Part shown: positions 58,764-64,000 of the stretch, piece by piece | How positions within the stretch are numbered: position 1 is the first letter of the stretch | Layout: the number at the start of each line of letters is the position of its first letter | Assembly (NCBI GenBank): GCA_965287045.1 | Contig: OZ336874.1 | Span: 63,302,001-63,366,000 of the forward strand | From: Carcharhinus amblyrhynchos | Lineage: Eukaryota | Direction of reading: 5' to 3' | DNA: 64,000 nt | The notes under the pieces: generated by a model | What the model was told of the DNA's origin: nothing | Databases searched by the model: none | What the model saw: only the letters and a program-made list of their open reading frames with translations | Translations under genes and position numbers: made by a program

Positions 58764-59110
58764 AATGGGGTGGAAAATAAATATTTAACTACATCACGCA
58801 GACTACAATTACTTTTATTGTTTTTTTAAATGGACAAAACTTTCCCTGAATAGCCATGACTCATGGAAGAGGAATTTATAACATCAGAGATTCAGGAGCC
58901 GAACTTACCAAAAAAATTCTAAGTGCCGAACAAGCTGAAAACAGGAGAGAATCGCACTCATTTTTGGGTGAGCTCCAATTTGCAATCATACAACACTCAG
59001 GAAAACAACAATCAGGTCAAATTTGATTCTCACCATCAGGGGGAGTGGGCAGACCCTATTCAAGGTGGGAAGTTGGTTGCTGAACTCTAGGGGCGCCGTT
59101 GCTCAGGCAT

Positions 59111-59143
<33 letters not shown>
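59111..59143 (+). repeat. (CA)n microsatellite
   Basis: About 14 uninterrupted CA units, inside a MITE-like element spanning ~58896-59738. Confidence 0.95.
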
Positions 59144-59145
<2 letters not shown>

Positions 59146-59431
59146 CGCACGCACACCTCCCTCACCTCACCTTCATGTTCATGTTCAGTGCCTGAACAGG
59201 ATCCTTCCTCAGGCTTTCCACCCTCCCAAAACTCTAGAGGCTGGACAGAAACAACCCTTAAATAGTCATTAGTTGGCCACTTAATATCCTCAATTGGATG
59301 GGGCTGTTGGAGAGGAGGGGGTGTGCAGCTTAGCCTAACCATTCCCACTGTACAATGGCAGAGAGGTTGGGAATACCCAATGGGAAGGCTATCTGAAGAA
59401 TTCTACAGCACCTTCCATCTACAAACTGCAC

Positions 59432-59712
59432 TTTAAGTTTAAATTTATTTATTAGTGTCACAAGTAGGCTTACATTAACAATGCAGTTACTGTGAAAATC
59501 CCCTAATTGCCTCACTCTAGCGCCTGTTTGGGTACACTGAGAGAGAACTTAGCATAGTCAATCCCCCTAACCAGCACATCTTTCAGACTGTAGGAGGAAA
59601 TAAGAGCACCTGGAGGAAACCCATGCAGACACGGGTTAAACGTGCAGATTCCACACAGATAGTGATCAAAGTTGGGAGGTGAGGCAGCAGTGCTGCCAAT
59701 GTGCTAACATGC
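59432..59712 (-). mobile_element. HE1-related SINE, alternative-tail subtype
   Basis: TTTATTATTAGTGTCACAAGTAGGCTTACATTAACAATGCAGTTACTGTGAAAATCCCCTA...GAGGCAGCAGTGCT. Confidence 0.88.
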
Positions 59713-59889
59713 AGGTAGGGGAACATCAGATTCTACCCAATCTTTTAATACCATGTGCAGTGGTCTGCTTTATATTGTATCATACTTTGTTCACAAGAAT
59801 GTCACAATGACCCTTATCCTACACTGACTGTTTAACTTAATGTTCTGAATTAACTTTTCTCTGTGCCATTTACTGTTTTATATCTCTGT

Positions 59890-60330
59890 GCAATCACCTC
59901 TGAGTTGCCCCCTTTCCAGGCTCAGAAAGCAAAATCCCTCTTGTATTTCTTTTTACCTCTGATGTCCGACCCTCTCCCTTATTTATAGAGAAACAAAAAT
60001 GGACACAGTCGTCAAGATGTGATTTGACCAAAGAACCGTGTAGTTTGATCCTGACTTCTAGTGACTCTTATTCTACTGTCTGACCATGTAGTTCAATACT
60101 TCCATTGATTCTGTTGATTGCCGCTGTGCCTAGAGGTATGGATAGGGTTGGCACTGGCAGAGCGGCTGAGGTTGGAGCAAAGATATACGAATTGCCTGGA
60201 CATGTTCAGCCAGAGACACTTAGATCTGATTTAACTTAATCCTTAGCTATGTCAGCGCTATTCATAAAACATCAATTTTTTTTGCCTCTGACACCACACT
60301 AGTCTGCATTCAATCCACTCATATACTAAC
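59890..60330 (-). mobile_element. Degraded CR1/L2-group LINE fragment
   Basis: CTCTGAGTTGCCCCCTTTCCAGGCT resembles the reverse complement of the SLERRRLRG motif; ACACAGTCGTCAAGATGTGATTTGACCAA resembles the reverse complement of LVRPHLEYCV. Confidence 0.55.
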
Positions 60331-60389
60331 TTCACTTATTCGGAGGTTTCTGATCTTCTTTCTTACCCGTCCTAATACTGTATTATTCC

Positions 60390-60730
60390 AGGAGCAGCAT
60401 GGTGGCACAGTGGTTAACATGGCTGCCTCACATGCCAGGCACCTGAGTTTAATTCTAGCCTTGGGTTACTTACTGTCTGAGAATTTCCTCAGGATGCTCC
60501 GATTTCCTCCCAGAGTCCAGAGATGTGGAGATTAGGTGGATTGGTCATGTTAAATTGCCCCTTAGTGTCCAACGATGTGTAGGTTAGATGGATAGTCCAT
60601 GGTAAATGTGTGGCGCTATGGAGAGAGGGCGGGGGGAAGGAGGATGGGTCTGGGTAAGATGCTCTTTCAGAGATTTGGTGCAGACTCGATGGGCCAAATG
60701 GCTTCCTCTGTTTTTATGGATTCTATGATT
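60390..60730 (+). mobile_element. HE1-type SINE
   Basis: GCAGCATGGTGGCACAGTGGTTAAC head; GCAGACTCGATGGGCCAAATGGC...GGATTCTATGAT tail. Confidence 0.9.
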
Positions 60731-62408
60731 ATCTGCAAGTGTGACCAATTTACATTGCTTTTCAGAATTAAAGTCATTGGCAACTAGACATAATAGTAGT
60801 CCTAACATGCAATTTGAACAATTATATATTCATTTTGTCTTTTTTTTAATGCAGATGATTGATGACATTGTAAAAAACCCGCTCTTTCTCATTCTTCTTT
60901 CCTGATGGAATATTCAATCATAAAAATCATATGGACCATTTCATGATATTGTGAGTGTCGACAATATGGGATCAATGTGAATTTGGTGATATTTAGTGCT
61001 CTGAAAGGAGGTTGAAGAAGTGTGCTTACACAAGTATTGGTACCATGTTGTGGACTTCAGGTGATGCTGTTCAGCAAAATTGGACAGGTTCTTCAATAGC
61101 TATATAATTTTCAGCTATACTATGTATCTTGTTAACTTAATGTGCCCAAGTAAAAGAACACAAAAACTTTCTCTAGTTAAAAGCAAAAATTCATGTTTTC
61201 AGGAATGTGAAGGTAGAAATGGGAGCCTGAGTTGATTCCAGCAACAGCATCTAAGGTGTAAATATATATTTCTCACATAAATTCTTTCTCGATTCAAAAT
61301 GTAATGATTGAAAGGTATTCCCAGCAAGATAATCTTCTTCAGAATTTGGTTATGCAAAACTAACCTGCAGTAGGCAACAGGTCACAGATAGAAAATATGG
61401 GCTGCAAATAGAGTGAAAAATGCAACAAAAAGCCTCAATTAAAACAAAGAGCAAATGCAATTTAAATTTAAAGAATGCAAAAGAACTGAAAAACAATAAA
61501 CACAACAAAATCCTACAATAATAATTCCACTCTCCTCTAAAAATGCAATCTCCATGATTGCCAAAAGGGCCTTAAATGTAATTTTTATTTTAACTGGATT
61601 AAACTGATGACAACAGGCAAGTGACATAATTTGTGAATCATTCATGAGAGCTACACATGAAAAATGTGCATAGCTCTCTGTGTAAAAGCTCGAATGGTGC
61701 TCTTGGCACATTAGATGAGAAACAAGCCTAAGGCCTATTCGGCCAACTGCCTTTCCCTGAGCTCGCCTGATCAGTGCTGGGACTACAGGTGCACTTAACT
61801 GGATAATCAGCCTTAAATATATTCATTTTCACCTAATGGAGCATTCTCAAAAATTTTATGTCATTACCCCGACCTTGAATTTAAAGAATTATTTGAGAAA
61901 GTAATTTTCACAGTGCCCAGTTAATGACATATGCTGCACACATCCTCACTGCATAAAAATTTGAGCTTTAACAGAGCTTCAGCAATAAATTTGTTTAATG
62001 TTGCCTTAATGTTCAAATGTCAAGTTTGGAGATTTGTTACCAAACCCAGTTCCTGTATGTCTGGCCCCTATCACACTTCCCCAGTTCACATTTGCTCACT
62101 GTGTCTTCAAATGCGCAGACAAACAAAGCTTTGAAGGTTTAATGCAAGATATATCAAGCTTTAAAGCTATGCTACCACCTATTTATAGTGAGCATCCTAT
62201 CAAAGCCCTGAGTTTGAAAAAAACTAAGAACCTTTTATATAAAGGTTTACTCTTGGAGGATTAATGGCTTTTTTTTGACAGTGGGTGGGGGTTTCGATGT
62301 TACAAGTATAAGCTTCAAACAACAACACTTCTTCATTTGGAGAGAATAGTATGTAAGTTAAATTACTCCTGTTGCAACTTGAGCATAGTTAAAACGAAAA
62401 CAGTTCAA

Positions 62409-62640
62409 AGAATCATAGAATCCTTACGGTGCAGAAGAAGGCCATTTGGCCCAACAAACTTGCACTGACAACAATCCCACCCATCCCCATGACCTCACGC
62501 ATTTAACCTGCTAATCCTCCTGACACTAAGGGGCAATTTAGCATGGTCAATCCACCTAACCCACACATCACTGGAATGTGGAGGGGAAATTGGAGCACCT
62601 GAGGAAACTTATGCAGACATGAAGAGAGCGTGCAAACTCC
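62409..62640 (-). mobile_element. HE1-type SINE, 5'-truncated
   Basis: AGAATCATAGAATCCTTACGGTGCAGAAGAAGGCCATTTGGCCC...GGGGCAATTTAGCATGG...GTGCAAACTCC. Confidence 0.9.
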
Positions 62641-64000
62641 TTTGCATCAGAAAATAAGAGACATTACAACAGCGTAAGCAATTATTAATATTTTTCTTCT
62701 ATTTGAATAAGATAAAAAACAACTGATGACAATTAATTAGCTTACACTGCAATTATCCATTCAGGTAGTTGATGATTTTAAATTAAATATTTTGACCTTA
62801 TCTCATGAAACATTGAAGAGACGATGACCTTATCAGTTCTCATCAGTGCAATCGTTACCAAAATAATGCCAGAGGCAGCCCTGTCCTGTTGTTTTCATCT
62901 CGGCCTGTAAGGTCTAATAAAAGTCACCAGTGTAATAGCATATTTAATATATCACTGGTGGTGTCTTCATTATTTATTCTGTTTGTTAATTAAAACTTCT
63001 TCCTTCATTAGAGTACATGCACTCAATTTTCACAGCGGAGCCAGATATGTTTCCTATGCTTTACTAAAATTTCACACACACGCTGAACATATTGATACTG
63101 TGTGAATAAATGGAGGACAGTTGAACTGTTAGTCTTTCCAGTAGTGATGACTAGATATTTCACAAATTAATTAAAACAGCCAGGTGTTGACATTTTCTTA
63201 CTCAGGTCTGAGTACAAAGTTATAAATCAACAATAATTCTGCTCCACTGATGAAGTATAAATATGCACAAACATATAGCTATACATATTTACTTTGAGAA
63301 ATTTGCTCTTCAGGCAAAAATCTTTTGGTTTAATCCTTGAAGCATGGATTGGAGATAAAGCTGTTAAACTTTGCCTTTCCTCTTGGGACTGACATATCCT
63401 GATATAGAAAGTGGCCAAGGACTTTAGCTTATAGGGGTCAAGTCTATCATTTATTATTGGTCCCACATCAACTTCTGTCTGTATGTAATGCTATTACCTG
63501 CAAGGTTAGTCCAGCATACACTTTTATGACTCCTTCTCCTAGTTAGATATTTGCTTCAGGCTTTTTGATTTCCACCTAGGAGGAAATCATTGCACAGTCT
63601 GCAATGAAACACATATAATTAGGGGTTGTCAGTGTCTTTTCTCACTAAAAAAAATTGCTAAATAGAAAAAGTTACGTCAACGTTTGAACCTTAATAACAT
63701 CCAATTTTAAAATGTCTATGAATAGAAGTTTCATACAAATCCTGCAGAGTAGCTGGTAGATAAATATTTTATAGCGGTTGCAAATGAAAACAATATAGCT
63801 TAGGCTTAGTTTTCAGAAACCACAAAAAGCTAATTAGACATATAAGTGTAGTAAAAAACAAAAATGAACCTCCTTCCAGCACGTTATTGTCAGGGTACAG
63901 TAGTTATATGGCCTAGATCTATTCAACATAATTGTTAATTAATTAAATGAGCATACATAGGCAAGTGTATCAGATTCCCAAGGGCCTAGCACATTTTATT

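Larger units (their letters stand above)
51902..58840 (+). mobile_element. Second decayed Ty3/Gypsy element with paired LTRs and nested CR1, MITEs and Tigger
   Basis: 5' LTR starts TGTAGAGTATTGAAAATTGCATTGT (51902); 3' LTR starts TGTAACATATTGAAAATTACATTGT (56431) after a PPT-like GGGAAAGGA. Peptides: C*KLNHFACV (gag), LIETGASVTV (protease), EVWNLLGLIMFYSYFIPDL, WILKLQEYKF...PGK, AHAYHQGIV, YRVTPHST, GSMITAK. Confidence 0.8.

Noticed and set aside
61772-61795. GCTGGGACTACAGG, resembling the 7SL/Alu 5' domain on the minus strand
   Set aside because: Only ~14-18 nt match and the flanks do not continue the 7SL sequence; probably chance.
63227-63480. Minus-strand open frame with plausible AG/GT boundaries as a host exon
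   Set aside because: The peptide is not recognisable, the polypyrimidine tract is weak and no partner exons were found.

Overview
This is eukaryotic, repeat-rich non-coding DNA, almost certainly from a shark (elasmobranch). The evidence is HE1-type tRNA SINEs, CR1/HER1-type LINE 3' ends, a Deu-domain (SacSINE1-like) SINE and Penelope fragments. I could not support any host protein-coding exon, rRNA, true tRNA gene or CRISPR array; the ORF track is mostly spurious or transposon-derived. The window is a layered record of dead transposable elements: CR1 and L2 LINEs, several SINE types, two decayed Ty3/Gypsy elements (one with recognisable paired LTRs and a Tigger in its 3' LTR), a clean 235-bp solo LTR with a 5-bp TSD, at least five PIF/Harbinger relics plus their MITEs, a hAT MITE with an 8-bp TSD, and Penelope elements. 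The most interesting signals are (i) decayed minimal type-I hammerhead-ribozyme motifs in several Penelope terminal repeats, with inverted terminal-repeat arrangements; (ii) Harbinger transposase relics whose internal segments are relocated and inverted; (iii) SINEs sharing one head/core but carrying two different tails; (iv) a 25-bp minisatellite with a polarity switch and a ~72-bp degenerate array inside a Tigger; and (v) TE-free islands with Pbx-Hox/Meis-type motifs that may be conserved enhancers. None of this demonstrates a new biological system. Family names come from motif recognition by eye, not database searches, and most boundaries are approximate.
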